In this document: positions 1-9,079 of the stretch, in pieces
Layout: the number at the start of each line of letters is the position of its first letter
Numbering within the stretch: position 1 is the stretch's first letter
Assembly: GCA_963700285.1 (NCBI GenBank)
Contig: CAVOXA010000009.1
Location: 294,631 to 358,630 of the forward strand
DNA: 64,000 nucleotides
From: an uncultured Chloroflexia bacterium
GTDB lineage: Bacteria > Chloroflexota > Anaerolineae > JAAYZQ01
Direction: 5' to 3'
The notes under the pieces: model-generated
Databases searched by the model: none
The model's input: only the letters and a program-made list of their open reading frames with translations
Told to the model about the DNA's origin: nothing
Position numbers and translations under genes: made by a program

Positions 1-339
1 CCCTCGGAGCATCAAGATCTTTTCCGATACTTTGCTGGCGGCCAGTTCCTCAACAGTGGATGTCACAGCCAGGGGGGCCTTGGCCTGGCATCCCAGGGAG
101 TAGGGGCTGACACAAGCCTCAAAAGGCTCGCCGTCAGCTTCGAGATGGACCTTTCCATGGCTCCAGTCGATGCAGTCGAACGCCCGGTACTCTGTGCCAA
201 ACCCGAAGGAGGCCACGGTCCGGGCGAAAAACTCTGTTGAGGCCCGGTTACCCGGACTGCCTACAGACCTGCTGGGGACCTCCACACACAATCTGCGCAG
301 GTAATCATCTGCCTTCTCTGCCAGGGTGATGGATGACAT
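1..339 (-). CDS. M28-family peptidase with PA domain, N-terminal part (runs off the window edge)
   Basis: Hand translation MSSITLAEKADDYLRRLCVEVPSRSVGSPGNRAS...; the RxxGSxG motif is typical of M28 N-termini. GGAGG RBS upstream. Confidence 0.6.
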   Translation of the reverse strand, partial: MSSITLAEKADDYLRRLCVEVPSRSVGSPGNRASTEFFARTVASFGFGTEYRAFDCIDWSHGKVHLEADGEPFEACVSPYSLGCQAKAPLAVTSTVEELAASKVSEKILMLRG

Positions 340-350
340 GGTTCTCCTCC

Positions 351-710
351 TCAGGATGGCCGGGCGTAGCCTGGCTCGTAAAGCACAATCTCCAGGTCCC
401 CTGGGGCCTTGAAAGAAGAAGTAAATCCCCACTCAGTTTCGGCGATGGGTCCGGTGAACTCGACCCCCCTGGCCGACAACTCAGCCACCGTACTTTCGAT
501 GTTGTCACAATAGAACGAAACGTGCTGTATGCCAAAGCCGCGGCCCTTTTCCAGGTCAACCGGGTGACATCCAACTTTGGCCCCTGGGAGATCAAAGATC
601 AGCCACCCACCGCCGATATCGAAGGACTGGAGTCCTAGCTTGTCGCGCAGAAAGGCGCAGAGTTTCTCCGCCTCGGAGGAATAGAACATGGCATGGATAC
701 CTCTTATCAT
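351..710 (-). CDS. VOC/glyoxalase family protein
   Basis: MIRGIHAMFY...FLRDKLGL...HVSFYCDNIESTVAELSARGVEF...WG...F.APG is a VOC pattern. Start moved to the internal Met. Confidence 0.8.
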   Translation of the reverse strand: MIRGIHAMFYSSEAEKLCAFLRDKLGLQSFDIGGGWLIFDLPGAKVGCHPVDLEKGRGFGIQHVSFYCDNIESTVAELSARGVEFTGPIAETEWGFTSSFKAPGDLEIVLYEPGYARPS

Positions 711-751
711 CGCCTTCTCCCTGAAGATAGAGCTTCTATTCTGGGTCACCG

Positions 752-1723
752 CTACACGGCCCCGCAGCGCGCCTCCAAGGGCCCAGGTGACAAGAGCCCG
801 GCCAACACGCTTAGCACGACGAGTACGGCCCACAGCGCCGCCGCCAATGCCACGTATATGACAAGCAGCAGGATACTATAGCCCTGCACCGACATGAGCA
901 CCCCGACCAGAATCTCCGCCAGGAATAGAATGCCCAGCGCCGTCGCGGCGCGGCGGACTGCGCCGTTCTTGGGCTGCAGGCGCCAGGCCTGTACGATCAC
1001 CGCGATGAGCAGTATGCCCGCTGCAGTAGCGAGTAGGAGACGCGCCGCCCGGAGCCAGCCGTGCACATCGTCAGGTACCGCTTGTCCGCCATACAGGGGC
1101 CAGCCCAAACACCTGACAAGCGAACCGTTCTTTGCGACGAGGACCCCACTCACCAGAACAACGAATACAGCGACGAGCGTCCACGAGGCCAACTTGGCAA
1201 AAGCGCTGTGGAACAGCAGCCTGTCGGGCAGGGTGGGATCCGCGTGCCGGGCAAAGGCCACCACGGTCGCCGTCGGCACAAGGGCCAGCACTATCAGCGC
1301 CGAGCCAAGGTCAACGGCCGCCAGCCCGGGCGATAGTCCCTGCAGGACTACGAGGGCGCCAAAGATGGTCACTGCGACGAAAAAAGCGATAGCCAGTGCC
1401 AGCGGGCGGCTCACCCACCGGATCGAGCGGTACTGCCACAGGCCCACGGCCGCTGCGGCGACGATGAGCAGCGACGTCAAGGCAGCCACGACACGGTGCG
1501 AGTACTCGATGATGGAATCCATCCGCATGGGTGGAACCAGCTGGCCGTAACACCCTGGCCAGTCGGGACATCCCACGCTTCCCCCGGTGACACAGACGAT
1601 GCCGCCGGCGGTGATCAGGAGATAGGTCATAACGGCTGTCATGAAAAGCAGGTAGCAGTACCATCTTGCGACAGGCATCCTGCCCTCTGATCCCCGGTCC
1701 CCGCTTGGGTTTTTGCTACTCAC
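752..1723 (-). CDS. COX15/CtaA (heme A synthase) family membrane protein, divergent
   Basis: GCPDWPGCYG and IEYSHR motifs, about 8 TM helices; the other His ligands appear substituted. Confidence 0.7.
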   Translation of the reverse strand: MSSKNPSGDRGSEGRMPVARWYCYLLFMTAVMTYLLITAGGIVCVTGGSVGCPDWPGCYGQLVPPMRMDSIIEYSHRVVAALTSLLIVAAAAVGLWQYRSIRWVSRPLALAIAFFVAVTIFGALVVLQGLSPGLAAVDLGSALIVLALVPTATVVAFARHADPTLPDRLLFHSAFAKLASWTLVAVFVVLVSGVLVAKNGSLVRCLGWPLYGGQAVPDDVHGWLRAARLLLATAAGILLIAVIVQAWRLQPKNGAVRRAATALGILFLAEILVGVLMSVQGYSILLLVIYVALAAALWAVLVVLSVLAGLLSPGPLEARCGAV

Positions 1724-1761
1724 TCGTCAAAGGACTCGCAGAGCCGTGACAAAAGGTTCGC

Positions 1762-2505
1762 CTACGCCTCGCAAGGCGGCTCATCGGCGATGGATTTGAT
1801 CAAATCGGCTGCTGCTTCGATCTGGTCTGCCGTCCCGTCGATGCCAATCCAGGCCGCGCCTTCCGCACCATAGATCCCTCCGGAAGCGATCAATCGCGCC
1901 TCAGCTCCCGTTATCAGCTTGATGGCATCTACCTCTGTGAAAATCTGACCTGATACAGGGTACAGTCGCGGGCCCTCTGCCCCAGGCGCATTGCACCAAT
2001 CGGCCAGACACTTTACGTCATCCAGCACACGTTTCTCCAACCCCACGGGCACCAGCAGCCGTACCCTCCGGCCGATCATGGCTGACATGGCTGCATGGAT
2101 CGTGCCCGCCTTGGGGTGGCCGATCTGTACCGCAGCCCAGCCGTGCTGGTCGAAGGCGTTTGCCCCCTTTAGAACAACGTCGCCAGCCTTGAGGTCGTCC
2201 TCGACGTCGAAAATAGTCTTACCCTTCTGCCACTGGCCGTCGCGTATCACCACATCACCAGGGAAATCGGCTTTGGGTGCCTTGGCGCCCGGTGCGGTCG
2301 TCATACCCCGGCGAAAACCTACCCGGGAGAACCCTTCAGCCTGTCCCAGTGATTTGAGGATCTCTTCAGCCACGTAGCCGTTCGTCGTGCCGGCAATGAT
2401 GACCAGGGTTCCTGTGTCAAGAGCAGCCTGCAGGTCGGGGTGATGGACCATTGCTTTGCCGATCAGCCGCTTGCCCATGGAAGTAGTCAAACAAAACTGT
2501 TTCAT
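1762..2505 (-). CDS. conserved hypothetical protein
   Basis: 247-aa ORF with AAAGGGGA RBS and globular alpha/beta-like sequence (GTTNGYVAEE, KGANA, PVGLEK). Confidence 0.6.
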   Translation of the reverse strand: MKQFCLTTSMGKRLIGKAMVHHPDLQAALDTGTLVIIAGTTNGYVAEEILKSLGQAEGFSRVGFRRGMTTAPGAKAPKADFPGDVVIRDGQWQKGKTIFDVEDDLKAGDVVLKGANAFDQHGWAAVQIGHPKAGTIHAAMSAMIGRRVRLLVPVGLEKRVLDDVKCLADWCNAPGAEGPRLYPVSGQIFTEVDAIKLITGAEARLIASGGIYGAEGAAWIGIDGTADQIEAAADLIKSIADEPPCEA

Positions 2506-2614
2506 TTCGTTCCCCTTTCTTGTACTGGTTCAGTTGACGCCAATGTATTCTTCTTACGACCCAGCTGTCGGTGTCATACCCGCGCTCATCGGCCGCAGAT
2601 CGGTTCACACTATA

Positions 2615-3553
2615 TCATGAACTCTGGCTCAGGGCCAGTTGATTCTGTTCCAGAACCTGGATGATGCGCAGTACCGTCAGGTTCACAGGTGTAGGAATGC
2701 CGTATGTCTCTCCCAATTCGACGACCTTGCCACCAAAGATCTCCACCTCTGTCTTGCGCCCAGCCTCCACGTCCTGTAACATGGACGTTTTTCCCTGTGG
2801 AGACAGGGTGTCAAGAACGGTGTTCCAGTCTTCGATGTCCTTGGCTACCAAGTTGACCCCGGCGACCCGGGCCAACTGGATCACCTCCCGCATCAAGGCT
2901 TCCATCAATGCCCGGGCCTGTGGCGATGATTGGAACACGCCATACGGGGCCCGCATCACCGCCGATGCCTGGTTTGCGCCGACGTTGACCATGAACTTCC
3001 ACCACAGCATGCGCAGCATGTCATGGGGCGTTTCATGGGGGATTCTGGCGCGCCTGAAGGCATCCTGTACGGCTTCTACCCGTGGACTGACCTGGGTGTT
3101 GGTCGCCTCCCCGAAATAGTGCATGCCGGGCTTGGTATAGGTGATCTGGTTCCCCTCGCGCACAGCATCAATGCCCACCGAGATGGCATACAGCACCTTG
3201 TCCATCCCATAGGCAGCCCCAATGATCTCCTCGCTATCGAGTCCGTTCATCACCGAAATGATGGCGGTCTCATCCCCGACGAGGTTCTTCAGATCAGAAA
3301 CTGCCTCCAGGAGGTGGTGATGTTTCAGTGCCACGATGATGAGATCGGCGGGCGCTGTGGCCTGGTCAGGATGGACAACCGGAATGGCGTAGGCTTTGCC
3401 GTTGACAACCAAACCATCACGCTTCAGCCGTTCCTGACGGCGCCCCCGAGCGATCACGGCCGTCGAGAATCCGGGGGTGTCGTGAAATCTGGCGGCAAAA
3501 AAGGCGCCCATCGCCCCCGCGCCCAAGATGGCTACCCTCTTGATTTGCTTCAT
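2615..3553 (-). CDS. panE: ketopantoate reductase (2-dehydropantoate 2-reductase) family
   Basis: GAGAMG Rossmann motif, MNGL, WWKFMVN, SMLQD...RKTEVE. Confidence 0.85.
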   Translation of the reverse strand: MKQIKRVAILGAGAMGAFFAARFHDTPGFSTAVIARGRRQERLKRDGLVVNGKAYAIPVVHPDQATAPADLIIVALKHHHLLEAVSDLKNLVGDETAIISVMNGLDSEEIIGAAYGMDKVLYAISVGIDAVREGNQITYTKPGMHYFGEATNTQVSPRVEAVQDAFRRARIPHETPHDMLRMLWWKFMVNVGANQASAVMRAPYGVFQSSPQARALMEALMREVIQLARVAGVNLVAKDIEDWNTVLDTLSPQGKTSMLQDVEAGRKTEVEIFGGKVVELGETYGIPTPVNLTVLRIIQVLEQNQLALSQSS

Positions 3554-3603
3554 AGACTATTCTACCCACTCCTCACATTCCAGAACCCCATGTATAGTGC
3601 GAT

Positions 3604-3993
3604 TCAAGCCAGTGTTTCCCCACCCCTTTCCCGCTCCGGCCGCCGGAACCGCCCCCGAAACTCCTCGGCAGGATACCGGTGCTCGTTCGTCTCCAGTTTC
3701 TCCAGCACCGCCCCGCTCACCTCCATGTCCAGCGCATTGCTCAGGCTCAGGCAATAGATCACAATATCAGCCAGCTCATCGGCCACTGCCGCCTGCTCGC
3801 CTGGCTCCTGGACGGCATCCCGTGCCTCCTCAGTCGTCAGCCATTGGAAATGCTCCATCAACTCCGCCGCTTCAATGGCGATGGACATGCTCAAGTTCTT
3901 TGGAGAATGAAAAGGCTGCCACTCACGGGCGTCGACAAAAGCCGCGACTGCTTCCCGGAGTGACCCGACGGTAGTGAGGGCGTCCAATTGCAT
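3604..3993 (-). CDS. MazG-like nucleotide pyrophosphohydrolase (dCTP pyrophosphatase-like)
   Basis: REWQPFHSPKNL...EAAELMEHFQW...DELADIVIY...N..RYP. Confidence 0.9.
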   Translation of the reverse strand: MQLDALTTVGSLREAVAAFVDAREWQPFHSPKNLSMSIAIEAAELMEHFQWLTTEEARDAVQEPGEQAAVADELADIVIYCLSLSNALDMEVSGAVLEKLETNEHRYPAEEFRGRFRRPERERGGETLA

Positions 3994-4081
3994 GCTTTTA
4001 CTCCTGCGCGTGGTGTAGCTGGTATTGTACTAGAGGGCAGCGCAGGTGTCAAAGGTGGGCGTGGAATGGAGCCAATGGACG

Positions 4082-5272
4082 CTAGCGACTGCCGTCTGGC
4101 AGGGAATCCCAGTCGTCCCACAACGCCAGTTGGTGCGGGGGACGCTTGCCAGCCAGCAGAACATAGGGCGCGGCCCGCTCTGCCACGGCGCCGGCCTTGC
4201 CCAGATCGTCCAGTTCCCGCAGGGTTCCCTGCCGACGCCATTCCAGGAGCCGCCCCACCGACGTGGGGCCCAGTCCCGGTACGCGCAGCAGTTCCCTCTG
4301 GGAGGCGCGGTTCACCTCAATGGGGAACAGCTCGGGATGGTTGCAGGCGTACAGCATCTTGGGATCGGCCTTGCGCGGCAGGTTGCCCTCCTGATCAAAG
4401 ACCAGGTCCTCATAGCGAAAGCCATAGAATCGCAAAAGCCAGTCGGCCTGGTACAGGCGGTGTTCCCGCCAGGCGGGCGTGGGTTCGCGGCCGTCCAGGG
4501 CCGTACCCGGAATGGGGTTGAAGCGGCTGTAGTAAGCCCGTCGCAGGTCCAGATCCCTGTACAAGTGATCCATGGTGAACAGGATCTCGCGGTCCGCCTC
4601 TCCGGCGGCCCCGACCACGAACTGGGTAGTCTGGCCCGATGGTGCCAGACGGCCGCCGCTGGCGTCCATCAGCTTCTTGATAATCCCCATCGGCCGGGTC
4701 AGTTCCTCAAAGAACGCCTTTCGGGGTGCGATGGCCTCCAGCCGCTCGGGATTCGGTGCCTCCAGATTGATCGATACCCGCTGGGCCAGTTGTAGCGCTC
4801 GCTCGATGTGGCTTTCGGAGGCGCCGGGCAGGATCTTGAGGTGAACATAACCCGAGAACTGGTAGCGGTTACGCAGCAGTTCCACACAGTCGATCATGCG
4901 ACCCATCGTGTCGTCGGCGCTGGCGCACACCCCCGAGCTGAGAAACATGCCATCTACCAGGTTGGCCCGCTCCAATCGATCAAAAGCCCGCGCCAGCTCG
5001 TCCGGCGTGAACTGGGTACGCGGTACGTCACGGCTAGCGCGCAGGCCGCAGTAGTAGCAGTTCTTGTTGCAGACGTTGGTCATCAGGACCTTGAGCACGC
5101 GCAGCCGCTTCCCGCCCTGCATCTTTGTCGGATAGATCCAGCGATTCAGGTCGCGATCTGGCAGCATCGACCTTTTCGATGCTTCGAGTTTGCCCGCCGG
5201 GGCGCCACTGGCCGTACATAGATCATACTGCGCCGCTTCACCCAAGGTTTCGATCTTTTGCATCAAGCCCAT
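4082..5272 (-). CDS. putative DNA modification/repair radical SAM protein (TIGR03916-like) with C-terminal HhH
   Basis: CNKNCYYC; FLSSGV; YVHLKILPGA; GQTTQFVVGA; REHRLYQADWLLRFYGF; LLRVPGLG. Confidence 0.9.
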   Translation of the reverse strand: MGLMQKIETLGEAAQYDLCTASGAPAGKLEASKRSMLPDRDLNRWIYPTKMQGGKRLRVLKVLMTNVCNKNCYYCGLRASRDVPRTQFTPDELARAFDRLERANLVDGMFLSSGVCASADDTMGRMIDCVELLRNRYQFSGYVHLKILPGASESHIERALQLAQRVSINLEAPNPERLEAIAPRKAFFEELTRPMGIIKKLMDASGGRLAPSGQTTQFVVGAAGEADREILFTMDHLYRDLDLRRAYYSRFNPIPGTALDGREPTPAWREHRLYQADWLLRFYGFRYEDLVFDQEGNLPRKADPKMLYACNHPELFPIEVNRASQRELLRVPGLGPTSVGRLLEWRRQGTLRELDDLGKAGAVAERAAPYVLLAGKRPPHQLALWDDWDSLPDGSR

Positions 5273-5292
5273 TCATCCATCTCCTCACGTCT

Positions 5293-5321
5293 ATTATATG
5301 CACAAATGTTCTAATCGTCAA
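5293..5321 (-). promoter_or_regulatory. sigma70 promoter with a LexA-like box in the spacer
   Basis: Minus strand TTGACG-N17-TATAAT. The spacer contains GAAC-ATTT-GTGC, one mismatch from GAAC-N4-GTTC. Confidence 0.75.
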
Positions 5322-5378
5322 GTCTGAACCATGGGTTGTTGTCCACAAGTTCATGATACTGTTGTTAGCCGATTTCCT

Positions 5379-5455
5379 TCACCACCAGGGCACCAAGCCC
5401 GCCAAGCTGACAAGGTTTTCAGTCTTCCTTTGTACTCTTTGCGCCTTTGCGGTGA
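5379..5455. repeat. imperfect inverted-repeat intergenic element (REP-like)
   Basis: TCACCACCAGGGCACCAAG ... CTTTGCGCCTTTGCGGTGA form imperfect inverted arms. Confidence 0.45.
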
Positions 5456-5484
5456 GACGTAGGCAATCACCAGTCCAGACCAGG

Positions 5485-5513
5485 TTGACAAATGCAGGTC
5501 GGAGGTGTAGAAT
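5485..5513 (+). promoter_or_regulatory. sigma70 promoter
   Basis: TTGACA-N17-TAGAAT upstream of the ATG at 5537. Confidence 0.75.
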
Positions 5514-5536
5514 TGCCCGACAGGAGATGGAGACGA

Positions 5537-6385
5537 ATGTTCTATCGTGAACGAGCCAGCGTCGTAGCCACGCTGGTTGTGCTGGGTCTTATCTTGGACG
5601 TATTCCTACAGCTCCCGAGCTGGATGCGGGACCTGACCGTATTGGGCTCTCCGCTGACCGTCAGTATCTCCCAAACGGTGTTAATGTCCGCACTTCTGGT
5701 TGGCATCGTCTGCAGTGGAACCGATGTCATTGTGCGCTCCCATCCTAGGGCGCGCCAGATAGAGGCCCGCTTCAGCTTTGTCACCTGGACCTTGCCGGCG
5801 CTAACTGTGTTGTTGGCTGTGGTCTTGCTGCCCCAGGCGCCAACGCTGCTCTACCGGATGGCCGGCATGATGGTGACCGGCCTCATCTTGATCTTGGTCA
5901 TCAGCGCCGAGTACTATACCGTGGACACCACCGACCGGCGCTATCTGGCAGCCAGGCTGAGCCTGAATGCCTGGGCCTACCTGTTGGCATTGGTGGCGTT
6001 CATCCTGATCTATTCGGCCAAGGCCCGCAGCCTTGTCTCGGCCACGCAGGTTACGTTGATCAGCACACTGCTGGCACTAGAGCTCTTGCGCAGTGCGCGG
6101 CGAAGCTTTGGCCGTACGTCGCTCTATGCCATAATCGCCGGACTGATCACGGGCGAGATCATCTGGGCCATGAATTACTGGCGCATTCAGGGCATCACCG
6201 GCGGCCTGATCCTGCTGCTGGGTTTCTACGTGGCAACGGGCCTGGCCAACCAGCAACTCCAGGAACGGCTGACGCGTCGCGTGCTCATCGAGTATGCTGT
6301 CGTGGCCCTCATCGGCCTGGTGATCCTGCTCCAGTTTCAAGTCGTGCAAGGCGGTGGCTACGGTTTGACATTTCCGCCAAATTGA
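5537..6385 (+). CDS. uncharacterised multi-pass membrane protein
   Basis: Many hydrophobic helices; GGAG RBS and a promoter upstream. Confidence 0.7.
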   Translation: MFYRERASVVATLVVLGLILDVFLQLPSWMRDLTVLGSPLTVSISQTVLMSALLVGIVCSGTDVIVRSHPRARQIEARFSFVTWTLPALTVLLAVVLLPQAPTLLYRMAGMMVTGLILILVISAEYYTVDTTDRRYLAARLSLNAWAYLLALVAFILIYSAKARSLVSATQVTLISTLLALELLRSARRSFGRTSLYAIIAGLITGEIIWAMNYWRIQGITGGLILLLGFYVATGLANQQLQERLTRRVLIEYAVVALIGLVILLQFQVVQGGGYGLTFPPN

Positions 6386-6416
6386 TCTAGAATCTTGGAC
6401 GGTGACCGATGGTCAC
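6365..6416 (+). promoter_or_regulatory. sigma70 promoter with a palindromic operator near +1
   Basis: TTGACA(6365)-N17-TAGAAT(6388); GTGACC-GAT-GGTCAC at 6402-6416. Confidence 0.7.
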
Positions 6417-6450
6417 TGCCGAATACCATCTTATGAAGGGAGGCCGTTGG

Positions 6451-6537
6451 ATGTTCTACGACTCGATTGCACAGCATACCGTTCCTGCTGTCGGCGATGC
6501 TGGTCGCCGCTGTCGTAGTGCGCCCAAATGCCCTTAG
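6451..6537 (+). CDS. putative leader peptide or small protein (28 aa)
   Basis: GAAGGGAGG RBS, then MFYDSIAQHTVPAVGDAGRRCRSAPKCP*, ending just before a terminator. Confidence 0.4.
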   Translation: MFYDSIAQHTVPAVGDAGRRCRSAPKCP

Positions 6538-6552
6538 TTATTGTTTACTACG

Positions 6553-6588
6553 GGCCGTGGGGGCACTGCAACCCCCACGGCCTTTTTT
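6553..6588 (+). terminator. intrinsic terminator
   Basis: GGCCGTGGGGG-8nt-CCCCCACGGCC followed by T6. Confidence 0.85.
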
Positions 6589-6610
6589 ATTTCCCTGGAC
6601 GTACGCTGTC

Positions 6611-6643
6611 CAAGAGCCGTGGGAACCAACCCCACGGCTCTTG
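6611..6643 (+). other. second hairpin sharing its core with the terminator
   Basis: CAAGAGCCGTGGG-7nt-CCCACGGCTCTTG, a 13-bp perfect stem. Confidence 0.75.
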
Positions 6644-6854
6644 CTTTCTGTGGCCCCAGTACCCTGCTTGTGTGGGCACCGCCACCGGACCGGGTATGGG
6701 TTCTTTCTGCCCTTCGAAGGGCCAGGGCTGCATGGGAGGAGCAGTGAACCCGGATCCGCGTTGGAGGATTGGCCAGATGGCCAATGGTCAAATACTCCAC
6801 CTGGCCGTTGCGCTACCGGAAGCCAGGGTCTATACTAGATGGATCGTCGCCAAA

Positions 6855-6930
6855 GTTCGTAGTGGGTGCTTCAGCGCCCTGATGTGCGCAAGAATGCCAG
6901 GAAAAAGGCACTGAGGTGTCTACTGCGAAC
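6855..6930. repeat. REPIN-like inverted pair of the GTTCGTAGTAGGCGCTTCAGCGCC element
   Basis: Degenerate forward copy at 6855-6878 and inverted copy at 6907-6930; same element as in the 30043 array. Confidence 0.7.
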
Positions 6931-6985
6931 GGGTTCTGGCGTGGAGGGGAAAGCACACCGATGTGTGGAGAAGGGAGAAAGGACG

Positions 6986-8353
6986 ATGGAAGAGGTCGGC
7001 CGCTACCTGAAGCGGCTGGGGCAGTTTAGCCCGAATGCACGTTTCTATTTGCTGAGCGAGCTCATCATCGGCTTGAGCTTCTCCATCTATATGCTCATCT
7101 TTAACTTGCACGTCGACAGCCTGGGGTATCCGCGGAGCTTTCTGGGGCAGTTGCAGGCGCTGCCCAACTTGATCGCGCTCTTTGCCGCGGTCCCGGCCGG
7201 CGTCATGGTCGACTATATCGGCCGCAAACGGGCTCTGCTGCTGGCCAATTTTGGGCGGGCGCTGGCCACGGTCGGCATCGTGCTGGCGCCGGATCCCAAC
7301 TGGCTGCGTCTCTCGATGGTCACCTTTGGCGTTTCGATGTCGCTGTGGGCTGTCACGGCTTCGCCCTTCATGATGGAGAACTCGCGGGAGGAAGAGCGTA
7401 CTTCGCTCTTTAGCGCCCATTTTGGCCTGACGACGTTGGTTGGCTTCTTTGGCACCCTGGTGGGTGGCTACCTGCCTACCTTCTTTGGCCTGCGGCTGGG
7501 CGTTGACGTCGAGAGTTCGGTGGCCTACGGGGCGACGCTGGCCGTTACTGCCGCGCTGTGGGCCCTGTCCCTGGTCCCGCTGTTGATGATCAAGGAACAG
7601 CCCCGGCCCGAGTCCGACCGCGTCCGTTCCGTGTGGCCCTGGCGCAATCTGAGCAACCGGCGGATGGCGCTGCATATCTTTGTACCAAACATTGCGATCT
7701 CTATGGGAGCCGCGATCTTGATCCCGTACATGAACCTCTTTTTCAAGGAGACCTTTCCCATCACCGACCGGGTGCTGGGCACATTGTTTGCCGTCTCGTC
7801 GGTGGTCACGGGGGTCGCAACGCTGGCGGCGCCGATGCTGGCCGATCGCTGGGGGCGCATCCGGGCCTTGGTCATCACCCAGATGCTGTCGATCCCGTTT
7901 CTGCTGACCATCGGTTTTGTGCCGGTTCTCTCAGTGGCAGCCTTTGCCTTCTGGATGCGGGCCGCGCTGATGATGATGGGTGGGCCGCTGTACGACTCCT
8001 TTGCCATGGAGCAGGTGACGGCCCGGGAGCGAGCCACCATCAGCGGTCTCATGGGCATGAGCTGGAGCCTGGGCTGGACCATAGGGCCCTTCTTGAGCGG
8101 CTACATGCAGGAGAATCCCAACATCGGCTTCAAGCCGATCTTTGTCATCACCAGTGGGCTCTATCTCCTGGCCGCCATCCTGGCGCGTACCTTCTTTCAG
8201 CGGTTGGACGACGAACAGCGCCGGGCGGCGGCGCTCAAAAAGATGGGCGTCATCGACTTGACGGCGGCGAAGGCGAGGCAGACGACGACCGGCTATGATA
8301 GCGCTCGACAGCCAACTGGGCGCCAGCGGAAGGCAGGAGATGGCGATGGATGA
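6986..8353 (+). CDS. MFS transporter
   Basis: About 12 TM helices; GVMVDYIGRKR and LADRWGR motif A; AAAGGA RBS before MEEVGRY. Confidence 0.9.
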   Translation: MEEVGRYLKRLGQFSPNARFYLLSELIIGLSFSIYMLIFNLHVDSLGYPRSFLGQLQALPNLIALFAAVPAGVMVDYIGRKRALLLANFGRALATVGIVLAPDPNWLRLSMVTFGVSMSLWAVTASPFMMENSREEERTSLFSAHFGLTTLVGFFGTLVGGYLPTFFGLRLGVDVESSVAYGATLAVTAALWALSLVPLLMIKEQPRPESDRVRSVWPWRNLSNRRMALHIFVPNIAISMGAAILIPYMNLFFKETFPITDRVLGTLFAVSSVVTGVATLAAPMLADRWGRIRALVITQMLSIPFLLTIGFVPVLSVAAFAFWMRAALMMMGGPLYDSFAMEQVTARERATISGLMGMSWSLGWTIGPFLSGYMQENPNIGFKPIFVITSGLYLLAAILARTFFQRLDDEQRRAAALKKMGVIDLTAAKARQTTTGYDSARQPTGRQRKAGDGDG

Positions 8354-8984
8354 GCGACAGAACAAGTGGATCTGGTCGGAGCCGGGCGGCTATGACCGCT
8401 GGACAGCCGCCGAGGCATGCATCTACTACGAGCGTTACAACGACCTGCTCGACCTGGTTGTGGTTCGATGCCAGGTCAGGGCTGATGACCTGGTGCTGGA
8501 CATTGGCACCGGAACCGGTGAGCTGGCCCGGCGTTTCGCCCTGAACCGGGGCTGCCGGGTCATCGGGCTGGATCCCACAGCGGGAATGGTCGACGAGGCG
8601 CGCCGCAAAGCGTGTGAGGGGAACTGGGGGGACGTGCGCTTTCGCGTTGTCGATGAGCCCTTCCTGCAGATCCCCTATCGTGATGGAACCTTTGACGCCG
8701 TAGGCAGCACGCAGGCCTTCCATCACCTGCCCGAGTACCACAAGCCGGCGGCCGTGCGGGAGATGGCCCGCGTGCTGCACAAGGGCGGGCGGCTGGCCAT
8801 CGGCGATGTGATCTTTCATGGCCGGGCGGACTTGAAGGCGGCACTGGCCCGCTGGCCCGAGGAATTGGAGGAGGAGTACTTTGCCTATCTGGAGACGCTG
8901 CAGCCGATGTTTCGCGAGGCGGGTCTGAGCATCCACGCCGAACAGTTGAGCCGCGCCAACTGGGTGGTGTGGGGCAGAAAGTAA
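8340..8984 (+). CDS. class I SAM-dependent methyltransferase
   Basis: VLDIGTGTG, GLDP, FDAV, AFHHL, RVLHKGGRL. Confidence 0.9.
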   Translation: MAMDERQNKWIWSEPGGYDRWTAAEACIYYERYNDLLDLVVVRCQVRADDLVLDIGTGTGELARRFALNRGCRVIGLDPTAGMVDEARRKACEGNWGDVRFRVVDEPFLQIPYRDGTFDAVGSTQAFHHLPEYHKPAAVREMARVLHKGGRLAIGDVIFHGRADLKAALARWPEELEEEYFAYLETLQPMFREAGLSIHAEQLSRANWVVWGRK

Positions 8985-9079
8985 GCCGGAGACCTGATGG
9001 GACTGTGAGCGGGAATGAAAGCTGAACTTGATGGGTATTCCCACCGAGATGCATCGCGTGCTTTTGAGGAGAAGCGTAC

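Noticed and set aside
6394-6590. T-box or known riboswitch
   Set aside because: No T-box (GGTGGNACC) or aptamer consensus recognised by eye; kept as an unexplained leader.
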